This document shows positions 10,786-21,253 of a stretch of DNA of 64,000 nt, one piece after another. This DNA comes from an uncultured candidatus Porisulfidus sp. (GTDB lineage Bacteria > Pseudomonadota > Gammaproteobacteria > Poriferisulfidales > Poriferisulfidaceae). The first letter of the stretch is position 1, and each line of letters starts with the position of its first letter. The notes below the pieces were generated by a model. That model saw only the letters and a list, made by a program, of their open reading frames with translations. It had not been told where the DNA came from and searched no databases. The position numbers were made by a program, and so were the translations under genes. The stretch spans positions 952,879-1,016,878 of the forward strand of contig OZ220694.1 of the NCBI GenBank assembly GCA_965116525.1, written 5' to 3'.

Positions 10786-12094
10786 CGTGTTGCTGCTCCC
10801 ACAAGACGACAGATCTCGTCCGGATCTGCGGGCAGGCCTGCGCTGAGCACATCCGGCCCGTTGCGGGTTACCGCCACGTCGTCCTCGATTCGCACCCCGA
10901 TGCCGCGGAACCGTTTTGGAACGCCTCTTAGGCCCGGCATGAAATAAAGCCCAGGTTCAACCGTGGTCACCATGCCGGGTTCCAGCATCCGCCACTTTCC
11001 ATTGATGCGGTACTCGCCGACATCATGGACATCCATGCCCAGCCAATGGGACGTTCCGTGCATGAAGAAGGGCTTGTAGGCTTCCTCTTTCCACAGGGTC
11101 TGCCATCGCCCTTTCAGAACACCCAGATGCACCAGCCCCCGGGTCAGGACACGGGTTGCTGCCCGGTGCAGGTCATCCCAGGTGTTGCCGGGGGCGCACC
11201 GGCGGATGGCAGCCTGTTGCGCTTCCAGAACCAATTCATAAATCTCCCGTTGCGCGGGCGTGAACTGGCCGCTGACCGGCCAGGTGCGGGTGATGTCGCT
11301 GGCGTAACCGGCGAACATGCCCCCGCTGTCGATCAAGACCAGGTCGCCCTCCTCGGTCCGGCGGGAGTTTTCGGAATAATGGAGAGTGCAGGCGTTGTGG
11401 CCCGAAGCCACGATGCTGGAATAGGCGAAACGCATGTCATGGCGCTGGGTCTCGTACAGCAGTTCGGCTTCCAGTTCATATTCGTAGCGCCCCGGTCTCG
11501 CCGTTGCCATGGCGCGACAGTGGGCGTCGGTCACGATCGCGGAAGCCTTTCGCATCAGCGCGATCTCGCTGCGGCTTTTGAACAGGCGCATCTCGTGCAG
11601 ATCCCGGTCGAGCAGCCGACATTCTTCCGGAGGGTTATGTCCTGCCCGACTGCGGAGACGCAACTGGTCGATCCAACGGGCGACCTGCCCATCAAATTCC
11701 CCGTCCTGCCCCAGCGCATAGCACAGGGTTTGCCGCTCCCGAAGCAAGGTCAGGACCATATCGTCTAGCTTCTCGATGGGGTAGGCGGCATCCGCCCCGT
11801 AGTGCTCGCAGGCGCCTTTCGGGCCCGCGATGGCTCCTTCCCACTGCTCGGACGCCGGGTTGCGCGGCTTGCAGAACATCACAAACTCGCCGTCCGGGTG
11901 TCCCGGGAGCAGCATCGCGACGGACTCCGGTTCGGGGAACCCGGTCAGATAAAGAAAGTCGCTGTCCTGCCGGTACGGCCAGTGGACGTCGCGGCTTTGG
12001 ACGCGGGGCGGGGCCGACGGAATCAAGGCCACCGCATCCGGTCCGATCCGGCGCATGAGCTTCTTGCGCCGCCGTGCGTATTCGGCGTTCGAGA

Positions 12095-12116
<22 letters not shown>
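10782..12116 (-). CDS. pepP: Xaa-Pro aminopeptidase
   Basis: 444 aa with the creatinase/prolidase N-terminal domain and the M24 metal ligands region (HGTSHWLGMDVHDVG...VTVEPGLY). Confidence 0.9.
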
Positions 12117-14292
<2,176 letters not shown>

Positions 14293-14349
14293 GCGGGGTT
14301 GTTCCAGGGATTCCGGTGCCTGAATGCCCCGGAAAACCAAGCCGGGGGG

Positions 14350-14610
14350 TTATCCGGCCGGGTTGATCGACACGTAGGTGCGGCTTTCGCGCCCGCGTGA
14401 ACGAAATTCCACGACTCCGTCTACCTTGGCGAACAGGGTGTGGTCGCGACCGCAGCCGACGAAAGGCCCGGGCCGAATGCGGGTACCGCGCTGACGCACC
14501 AGGATGGTGCCGGCACGGACCTGCTGGCCGCCGTAACGCTTCACGCCAAGCCGCTTGGACTCGGAATCGCGTCCGTTTCTGGAGCTGCCGCCTGATTTTT
14601 TGTGTGCCAT
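14350..14610 (-). CDS. rpmA: 50S ribosomal protein L27
   Basis: [31 protein letters not shown]. Confidence 0.95.
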   Translation of the reverse strand: MAHKKSGGSSRNGRDSESKRLGVKRYGGQQVRAGTILVRQRGTRIRPGPFVGCGRDHTLFAKVDGVVEFRSRGRESRTYVSINPAG

Positions 14611-14616
14611 CGTTGC

Positions 14617-14928
14617 CTACACCTGGATGTCTTTGATCTCGAGTTCGGTCCAATTCTGCCGATGCCCGGTACGGGTCATGGAGTTTTTCCGTCGACGGAA
14701 CTTGACTACTTCGATCTTGGGCGCCCGGCCGTGACTGGTCACCTGAGCGGCGACGCGTCCCCCTTCTACATGCGGCGTCCCGATATGGGTCTCTTTCTCA
14801 TCCGCCACCAACAGCACGCGGTCGAATTCGATCTTGTCGCCCGGCTCGTGCGCAAGGCGCTCCACCCGGATGACATCGCCGGGCTGGACGCGGTACTGTT
14901 TACCGCCAGTTTCGATGACTGCGTACAT
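14617..14928 (-). CDS. rplU: 50S ribosomal protein L21
   Basis: MYAVIETGGKQYRVQPGDVIRVERL. Confidence 0.95.
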   Translation of the reverse strand: MYAVIETGGKQYRVQPGDVIRVERLAHEPGDKIEFDRVLLVADEKETHIGTPHVEGGRVAAQVTSHGRAPKIEVVKFRRRKNSMTRTGHRQNWTELEIKDIQV

Positions 14929-15073
14929 GAGGGAAGTTGAACCGTCAGGGGGCGCGTATTCTAGCCAAATCCCGACAGTCTGGCAAACGGCTGGAAGGCG
15001 GCGGAGCCACGCCCAAGTTCAGACTGGCTCCAGAATGCCTGCGTCAATCGGCCTGTGCAAGTAAAATGCTCGG

Positions 15074-15904
15074 ATGCGACTGAACTTCACCAAAATGCAC
15101 AGCCTGGGCAACGACTTCGTCGTGTTTGACGCCTGGGACCGCGAGATTTCGCTGACGACGGCGCAATTGCGCAAAGTCGCGGACCGTCGCGTCGGGGTCG
15201 GGTGCGACCAGGTGTTGTTTCTGGATTCGGATTCTGACCCCGATATCCACTTTTCTTACCGAATCTACAATGCTGACGGCCAGCCGGCGGAGCAGTGCGG
15301 CAACGGCGCGCGTTGCCTGGCCCGCCATGCCGCCGACCGCGGATATGCAGACCCCTCGAACCAGCGGGCCCGTGCACCTTCGGGAGAGGTGACGCTGCAA
15401 CTGCACGACGATGGCTCGGTGAGCGTTGACATGGGCGTTCCGAGGCTGGAACCGGACGAAATTCCCTTTTCGCATCGGGGGCGCCATCCGGCCTACGTTC
15501 TGGAAGTGAGCGGCAAGGAATATTCGATTGGTGCGGTTTCCATGGGCAACCCGCATGCGGTGCTGATCGTCGATGCTATTGCCAGCGCCCCGGTGAACGT
15601 TCTGGGTCCCCGCATCGAGACCCATCCGAAATTCCCCCGGCACGCCAACGTGGGATTCATGGAAATTTCCACGCCGAAGCATATCCGGTTGCGGGTGTGG
15701 GAGCGTGGAGTCGGTGAGACCCCGGGTTGCGGCACCGGAGCCTGCGCGGCCATGGTTGCGGGCAGGCTGGTCGGAGAGCTCCGGGAGGATGTCGTGGTGT
15801 CTCTCCCTGGCGGAGACCTCCATGTGCATTGGGAGGGAGAAGGACAGCCCGTGGTATTGCGGGGCAGTGCGGAGTACGCCTATACTGGCTCCGTGGAGCT
15901 ATGA
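15074..15904 (+). CDS. dapF: diaminopimelate epimerase
   Basis: MRLNFTKMHSLGNDFVVFDA...CGNGARCLARH...GSAEYAYTGSVEL. Both catalytic Cys regions are present. Confidence 0.93.
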   Translation: MRLNFTKMHSLGNDFVVFDAWDREISLTTAQLRKVADRRVGVGCDQVLFLDSDSDPDIHFSYRIYNADGQPAEQCGNGARCLARHAADRGYADPSNQRARAPSGEVTLQLHDDGSVSVDMGVPRLEPDEIPFSHRGRHPAYVLEVSGKEYSIGAVSMGNPHAVLIVDAIASAPVNVLGPRIETHPKFPRHANVGFMEISTPKHIRLRVWERGVGETPGCGTGACAAMVAGRLVGELREDVVVSLPGGDLHVHWEGEGQPVVLRGSAEYAYTGSVEL

Positions 15905-16584
15905 GCCCGAAGTCCAAATCCACGTCACGCGAGCTGTCCGCGGCCCGTGTCCAGGCGTGGCTCGAAAAACACCCCAATTTTCTGGCTTCCAACCCGGAGT
16001 TGCTGGAGCGGATGCAGCTGCCGCAGGATGCGGATGGGACCATCTCGTTTCAGGCGTATCAGGCACGCCGGCTGCGCGAACACAATGCGAAGCTGGAAGC
16101 TCTGTTCCAGATGGCCAACCGCAATCAGGAACTGATTGACCATGCCCTGATCCTTGCGGCGGAGAGCCTGCAAGACCGTCCGAACAGCTTGGGGGCCGCA
16201 ATCCAGGCACAGGAGAGGCGCCTGCTCCGCCATTTCCCGAACGCGGGCTGGGCAATTCGGTTGCGCCCGGAGATTCCGCGCGTTGCCGCCAAGTACAAGG
16301 TTCCTGAACACCCGCCCCTGGTGCGCGCGATCATGACCGTATTCCGAAAAGGGCCGCAGATCCTGGTGGATCGCGAGACCGTCGCGTTGCTGTGGCCGCG
16401 GTCGAAGGCGGATTCGGACACCCTGGTGATCGCGCCCCTGAAACGGCGGCGGCGCTACGGCATACTCTGCCGGGAGTTGCCGCCCGGTATCGATCGCGAA
16501 GGCGACACCACCCTGCTCCTGCACGTGGCCGATCTTACGGCGGCCCTGATCGATCGATTCTGCGAATCTCGGAGTGACCCGTGA
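15901..16584 (+). CDS. DUF484-family protein (YigA-like)
   Basis: 228-aa protein in the conserved dapF-DUF484-xerC arrangement. ATG at 15901 overlaps the dapF stop (ATGA). The ORF-track start at 15727 lies inside dapF. Confidence 0.7.
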   Translation: MSPKSKSTSRELSAARVQAWLEKHPNFLASNPELLERMQLPQDADGTISFQAYQARRLREHNAKLEALFQMANRNQELIDHALILAAESLQDRPNSLGAAIQAQERRLLRHFPNAGWAIRLRPEIPRVAAKYKVPEHPPLVRAIMTVFRKGPQILVDRETVALLWPRSKADSDTLVIAPLKRRRRYGILCRELPPGIDREGDTTLLLHVADLTAALIDRFCESRSDP

Positions 16585-17489
16585 GCGAACCTGCGCAGGG
16601 CACGGAGCTGTGGCTGGAGGAATTCCAGGCCAAATTGCGCTGGGAGCGCAATTACTCGACGCATACCGTCGCAGGCTACGCGAGCGATATCCGACAATTC
16701 GCCCGATGGCTCGATGAACAATCGATCAAGCCGGATCAAGTAAACGAGAGCGAGGTTCAGCGCTACGCCGCGCATCTGTTCCGACAGGGCCGGTCCCCGC
16801 GTTCCATCCAGCGCGTCTTGTCGGCCCTGCGCGGGTTTTACGATCATCTGGTCGCGACTCATCGCCTGGCCGACAACCCGGCGAGCGGGGTTCGCGCCCC
16901 GCGACAGCCTCGGACGCTTCCCAAGGTGCTGGATGTCGATGCGGTGATGCGCCTGCTCGACTCGAGGCCGGATGGTCCGCTGGGATACCGTGACCTGGCA
17001 ATGTTCGAACTCCTGTATTCCAGCGGCATGCGCCTTTCCGAGTTGGTTGGGCTGGACTGCAGCGATTTGGACATGGCGGCGGGAGAGGTCCTGGTTCTTG
17101 GTAAAGGACGGGTGCAACGCAAGCTCCCGGTCGGGCGCATGGCGTTGAAGGCACTGCGCGGCTGGCTTGATGTACGAGCAAAGATGGCGAAGCCCGAGGA
17201 AACCGCACTATTCGTCGGCCAGCGCGGAAAACGCCTGTCTGCCCGCAACGTGCAGTTGCGCCTGCGCCAGTTCGGATGCGCTTCGGGAAGCGACCAGGCG
17301 CTACACCCCCACCTGTTCCGCCATTCCTTCGCCAGCCATCTTCTGGAATCCTCCGGCGACCTGCGCGCCGTGCAGGAACTGCTGGGGCACCGCCGCATCA
17401 GCACCACGCAGATTTACACCCATCTCGACTATCAGCATCTGGCCCAGACCTACGATTCGGCACATCCGCGCGCACGGCGGCGGAACTGA
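16581..17489 (+). CDS. xerC: site-specific tyrosine recombinase XerC
   Basis: Phage-integrase N-terminal SAM-like domain plus C-terminal R...HxxR...Y (LGHRRISTTQIYTHL) catalytic motif. Position after dapF/DUF484. Confidence 0.9.
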   Translation: MSEPAQGTELWLEEFQAKLRWERNYSTHTVAGYASDIRQFARWLDEQSIKPDQVNESEVQRYAAHLFRQGRSPRSIQRVLSALRGFYDHLVATHRLADNPASGVRAPRQPRTLPKVLDVDAVMRLLDSRPDGPLGYRDLAMFELLYSSGMRLSELVGLDCSDLDMAAGEVLVLGKGRVQRKLPVGRMALKALRGWLDVRAKMAKPEETALFVGQRGKRLSARNVQLRLRQFGCASGSDQALHPHLFRHSFASHLLESSGDLRAVQELLGHRRISTTQIYTHLDYQHLAQTYDSAHPRARRRN

Positions 17490-17516
17490 AAAACCGATTT
17501 CTGGCACAATAGGCGG

Positions 17517-17882
17517 ATGGCTGAGAACACCCCCACGGAGCTGCACCTGCACCAGCGCTCCCGAGTCCTGGAGATCGCGTTCGGCGAGGATCGCTTCCAG
17601 TTGAGTTGCGAATACCTGAGGGTTCATTCACCCTCGGCGGAGGTTATGGGCCATGGCCCGGGGCAGGAAACCCTGCAGGTCGGCAAGGAGGATGTTGCCA
17701 TCGACGCCATCGAGCCGGTCGGCAACTATGCGGTGAAGTTGGTATTCAGCGACGGCCATGACACGGGCATCTATTCCTGGGACTACCTGTACGAACTGGG
17801 TCGTGATTTTGAAGCGCGTTGGACGCGCTACCTAGGGCGCCTGAAGGAAGCCGGGATCGAGCGGAAGGTCGTGGAGAACTGA
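17517..17882 (+). CDS. DUF971 family protein
   Basis: 121 aa with motifs (LEIAFGEDRFQLSCEYLRVHSPSAE...YAVKLVFSDGHDTGIYSWDYLYELG) typical of the DUF971/gamma-butyrobetaine-hydroxylase-N-like domain. Confidence 0.7.
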   Translation: MAENTPTELHLHQRSRVLEIAFGEDRFQLSCEYLRVHSPSAEVMGHGPGQETLQVGKEDVAIDAIEPVGNYAVKLVFSDGHDTGIYSWDYLYELGRDFEARWTRYLGRLKEAGIERKVVEN

Positions 17883-17886
17883 GTTC

Positions 17887-18618
17887 ATGGCACGTTTTGG
17901 ATACAAGCAGGTTGAGCCGGACGAGAAAACCCGTCTGGTGAACGAGGTGTTCGAGTCGGTGGCGTTCCGCTACGACATGATGAATGACCTGATGTCGTTT
18001 GGGTTGCATCGCGTGTGGAAGCGGGTGTTCACGCTGCTGGCGCAACTTCGGGAGGGCCAGCGCGTTCTGGATCTCGCCGGCGGGACTGGCGACTTGGCCC
18101 AGTTGGTCCGCTCAAGGGTCGGTCCGGATGGACAGGTGGTTTTGTGCGACATCAGCAACGGCATGCTGATGCAGGGCCGGGATCGCTTGCTGGACGAAGG
18201 CCTGACGGACATTCCAGCCGTACAGGGGGATGCGGCGACCCTCCCGTTTGAGTCGGAGTCGTTTGACCGGGTCCTAGTCGGGTTCGGGTTGCGCAACTTC
18301 ACGGATCCCTCGGCATGCCTGCGCGAGATGCACCGGGTCCTGCGTCCCGGCGGGCTGGCGCTCGTCCTCGAGTTTTCCCAGCCGTCCGCCTGGCTGGAGC
18401 CGCTCTACCATGCATACACGCACCAGGCCGTGCCGAAACTTGGCGAACTCGTGGCCGGGGACCGCGACAGTTATCGTTATCTGGCCGAGTCCATCGCCGT
18501 GCACCCGGATCAGCGGACCCTACGCGAGATGATGCGCGCCGCAGGATTTGCGTCCTGCCAATACTTCAACCTGAGTGCCGGGATCGTGGCGATCCATCGT
18601 GGCACAAGGATTGACTGA
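17887..18618 (+). CDS. ubiE: ubiquinone/menaquinone biosynthesis C-methyltransferase UbiE
   Basis: VNEVFESVAFRYDMMNDLMSFGLHRVWKR...VLDLAGGTGD SAM-binding motif. Closing ...NLSAGIVAIHRG is typical of UbiE. Confidence 0.93.
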   Translation: MARFGYKQVEPDEKTRLVNEVFESVAFRYDMMNDLMSFGLHRVWKRVFTLLAQLREGQRVLDLAGGTGDLAQLVRSRVGPDGQVVLCDISNGMLMQGRDRLLDEGLTDIPAVQGDAATLPFESESFDRVLVGFGLRNFTDPSACLREMHRVLRPGGLALVLEFSQPSAWLEPLYHAYTHQAVPKLGELVAGDRDSYRYLAESIAVHPDQRTLREMMRAAGFASCQYFNLSAGIVAIHRGTRID

Positions 18619-18634
18619 GATAGTGATAGGCTCG

Positions 18635-19396
18635 ATGTTGCGCCAGGCAATTCTGGTGCTGCCGGTTCTTTTGGTGCTCTCGGCCGGCGGCGTTGCGCAT
18701 GCCGGAGAGAAGGGCTCTTCTTTCCATTGGGCGGGAGCCTACGCAGGCTTTTTTGCGGGTTCCGGACGAGTGGACAACCGGCTGATCGATCCTGCCGGCT
18801 TCGCGAACTGGGGCAATCCCGGCTCGGTGACCCGCCATGAGGATGCTGGCTTCGTCGGGGGTCTGCTGATCGGGAAGAAATTCGATCTTGGCAACATGTC
18901 GGTCCGGATCGAACTTGACGGCACCGTTGGGGATTTGGAGTCGGAAACCAATCAACTCGATCCTGTAGGGTTGGACGAGACGGCGGTGGCGGAGTTCCAG
19001 TGGATTACCACGGCCCGCGTCGGAATAGAGAAATCAATCGGTTCTGCGACGGTGTTCGTTACCGGAGGACTGGCGCTGGCCAGGATCGAAAATTCTGTCA
19101 CTGACATTGACTTCGGGGCAGATCGCCCCCCGGCAGTGGACCCGGACGATTCCTTTCGCGACCGGTCTACGGAAACCGGCTGGGTCATCGGGTTTGGCGC
19201 CGAAGTTCCCCTGACTGGTGTTTGGACGGTGCGGTTCGAGGGGCTCCATCTGGATTTTGGTCGGAGCGGTCACCGCGCGAACCATTCCGGAAACAATTCC
19301 TGCGGATCGGACGGCCCTCGGGAGCCCTGCCCGTACCGGGTCGAAAATGAACTTGATGTTTTTCGTCTGGCGATCACCCACCCGCTCGGGGGGTAG
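18635..19396 (+). CDS. outer-membrane beta-barrel protein (OmpA-N/OmpW-like family), with signal peptide
   Basis: Signal peptide MLRQAILVLPVLLVLSAGGVAHA, then alternating amphipathic beta-strand pattern with aromatic girdle residues. No family-specific motif recognised. Confidence 0.5.
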   Translation: MLRQAILVLPVLLVLSAGGVAHAGEKGSSFHWAGAYAGFFAGSGRVDNRLIDPAGFANWGNPGSVTRHEDAGFVGGLLIGKKFDLGNMSVRIELDGTVGDLESETNQLDPVGLDETAVAEFQWITTARVGIEKSIGSATVFVTGGLALARIENSVTDIDFGADRPPAVDPDDSFRDRSTETGWVIGFGAEVPLTGVWTVRFEGLHLDFGRSGHRANHSGNNSCGSDGPREPCPYRVENELDVFRLAITHPLGG

Positions 19397-19463
19397 CGAG
19401 GGTATCCGAATATACTAGTGTTCCGAGCATGCGTGCAAAGTTAAGCACGATTTTTTGGCAATC

Positions 19464-20360
19464 ATGATGCCTGATTCCTACCCTATTATCACGGTGAAGC
19501 CGGAATGGGTTTCGGGGCCCGAGGAAATGGGAAGTAAGACGAAATTCTGGTACAGCAATCTGGAAAGGCAGGAAGCAAATTGGCTTTTCAAATACCCGAA
19601 GCCAGGCACAGGAGAGCATTGGGCGGAGAAAATTTCTGAGCAAGTTGCTCATATCCTCCAGATTACGCACGCAAAGGTCGAACTTGCGGAATTTCAGGAT
19701 GAGCATGGTTCAGTAACGAAATCCTTTACTCGTGGGGAGAAAGACCTATGCCATGGGAATGAAGTATTGAGATGGATTGTTCCTGGCTACGATCCTGAGA
19801 AAAAATTCCATCAGTCGGCGCATACCTTGGAGAATATCTTTCAAGCAATGGAGAGAATTTTTATCTCTACGGAAGCAGCAAGATTTGCAAAAGCACGTAT
19901 TTCGGAATATATCGTGTTAGACGCGTTGGTTGGGAACACAGATCGACACCATGAAAACTGGGGCATTCTGCGCGAGCGAGCGGGCGATGGTTGGAGGGGT
20001 TTTGTGGCACCTTCATTCGACCATGCATCTTCATTAGGCCGGGAGCTTTTGGATGAACGTCGCGATAGGTTTTTGGCAGAGAGACTAGTCGGAGGATATG
20101 TGGAAAAAGGCCATGGCGGGATTTACTGGTCAGAAGACGAGAGGCGTGCTCCTAGCCCTTTGGAGTTGGTGCGTCGTGCGGCTCAACGCCACCCGGAGTT
20201 TTTCCAGGGAGCACTAAAGAAAACACAGAGATTGGATGAAAGTACCATGAAAGATTTGGTGAATCGCGTGCCTGATTCTTGGATGACCCCTTCGGCTCGC
20301 GAATTCGCTATCGAATTGATTCGCTATAATTTTAACCAGATGAGCAATCTCCTTTCATGA
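19464..20360 (+). CDS. HipA-like Ser/Thr kinase, C-terminal kinase-core only (HipT-like)
   Basis: Catalytic-loop motif VGNTDRHHENWG matches HipA_C GNTDDHxKNxS. Putative Gly-rich loop VSGPEEMGSKTKF. ~300 aa, lacking the HipA N-domains. The ORF-track start at 19455 is a TTG; the first ATG is at 19464. Confidence 0.7.
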   Translation: MMPDSYPIITVKPEWVSGPEEMGSKTKFWYSNLERQEANWLFKYPKPGTGEHWAEKISEQVAHILQITHAKVELAEFQDEHGSVTKSFTRGEKDLCHGNEVLRWIVPGYDPEKKFHQSAHTLENIFQAMERIFISTEAARFAKARISEYIVLDALVGNTDRHHENWGILRERAGDGWRGFVAPSFDHASSLGRELLDERRDRFLAERLVGGYVEKGHGGIYWSEDERRAPSPLELVRRAAQRHPEFFQGALKKTQRLDESTMKDLVNRVPDSWMTPSAREFAIELIRYNFNQMSNLLS

Positions 20361-21097
20361 ACACCAAAACCCTATTCCTGGCTTGGCAGGACAAGAACCG
20401 GCGCCAATGGTTTCCGGTTGGCAGGTTGGATGCGGATGTCAGTGCGTCGTTCTACCGGTTCCGCTATGTCGCGGGCGCACAACGGGCGCAAAAGGAAGCG
20501 AAATTTCCACTACTGCTCGAATTTCCGGAAGTACGCGAGGACTACAAGTCTGCGGAGTTGTTCGCACTTTTCAAGAATCGAATTATTGCGTCAGGACGCC
20601 CGGACCGCATGGAGTATCTGCAGAATCTTGACCTCAAGGAGGATGCGAACCCCATCGAAATCCTTTCGGCAAGCGGTGGACGTCGAGCCACAGACTTCTA
20701 CGAAGTCTTTCCAAAGATCGTAAAACAATCTGACGGGAGTTTTACCTGTCGTTTTTTCTTGCATGGCTGGCGACATGTGAGTCCGCATGCCCAAGAGCGG
20801 ATGAGGAGTTTGGAGCCAGATGAAGAATTGTACGTGACGCTAGAGTTAACTAATCCAGCGACAGGCTTGGCGGTTCAGATTCAGACGCAAGACTATGAAA
20901 TGATTGGTTGGGCTCCACGCTATCTTTTAAGCGACTTGGTGGCTGCGATGGCAGATTTCCGAAATTATTCCGCACGAGTTGTTCGTGTGAATCTGCAACC
21001 GGCACCGTCGAGACAACGAGTTTTAGTCGAAATGAGCGGCCGTTGGGTTGATCATGAGCCTATGAGCGGCGAAGATTTTGTTCCGCTTGCTGCATAA
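20357..21097 (+). CDS. HipA-N-terminal-like (HipS-like) domain fused to a C-terminal HIRAN domain
   Basis: The N-terminal half follows the HipA_N 'couple_hipA' pattern (L.L.W...PVGRL.....FYRF.Y...PLLLEFP...ELFALFKNRIIASG, EILSASGGRRATDF). The C-terminal half (LEPDEELYVTLELTNPATGLAVQIQTQDYEMIGWAPRYLLSDLVAAMADFRNYSARVVRVN) matches the HIRAN pattern (L.REP.NP.D..A..V......IGY.PR.LA.....SARVVRV). The start overlaps the kinase stop (ATGA). Confidence 0.5.
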   Translation: MNTKTLFLAWQDKNRRQWFPVGRLDADVSASFYRFRYVAGAQRAQKEAKFPLLLEFPEVREDYKSAELFALFKNRIIASGRPDRMEYLQNLDLKEDANPIEILSASGGRRATDFYEVFPKIVKQSDGSFTCRFFLHGWRHVSPHAQERMRSLEPDEELYVTLELTNPATGLAVQIQTQDYEMIGWAPRYLLSDLVAAMADFRNYSARVVRVNLQPAPSRQRVLVEMSGRWVDHEPMSGEDFVPLAA

Positions 21098-21253
21098 TCA
21101 ACCTAAAGACTTGAAATGTTATTTCGTACATTTCGCACTGAGGTTTTAATCGCTTCACTAATTTTGATAGTGCCATCCTGCACGCTGCCCTTCAGAATAT
21201 TTTGTAATCAGTTTTCGGGCACAGCCTAATTCTGTGCGGCTATCGTTGTCAAC

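Noticed and set aside
15727-15900. Upstream extension of the DUF484 ORF into dapF
   Set aside because: It lies in an alternative frame of dapF, and the ATG at 15901 gives the usual stop/start overlap.
19397-19463. Possible sigma-54 promoter (TTGGCAATCATG) upstream of the HipA-like gene
   Set aside because: It lacks the TTGC -12 element at the correct spacing from the GG; considered coincidence.
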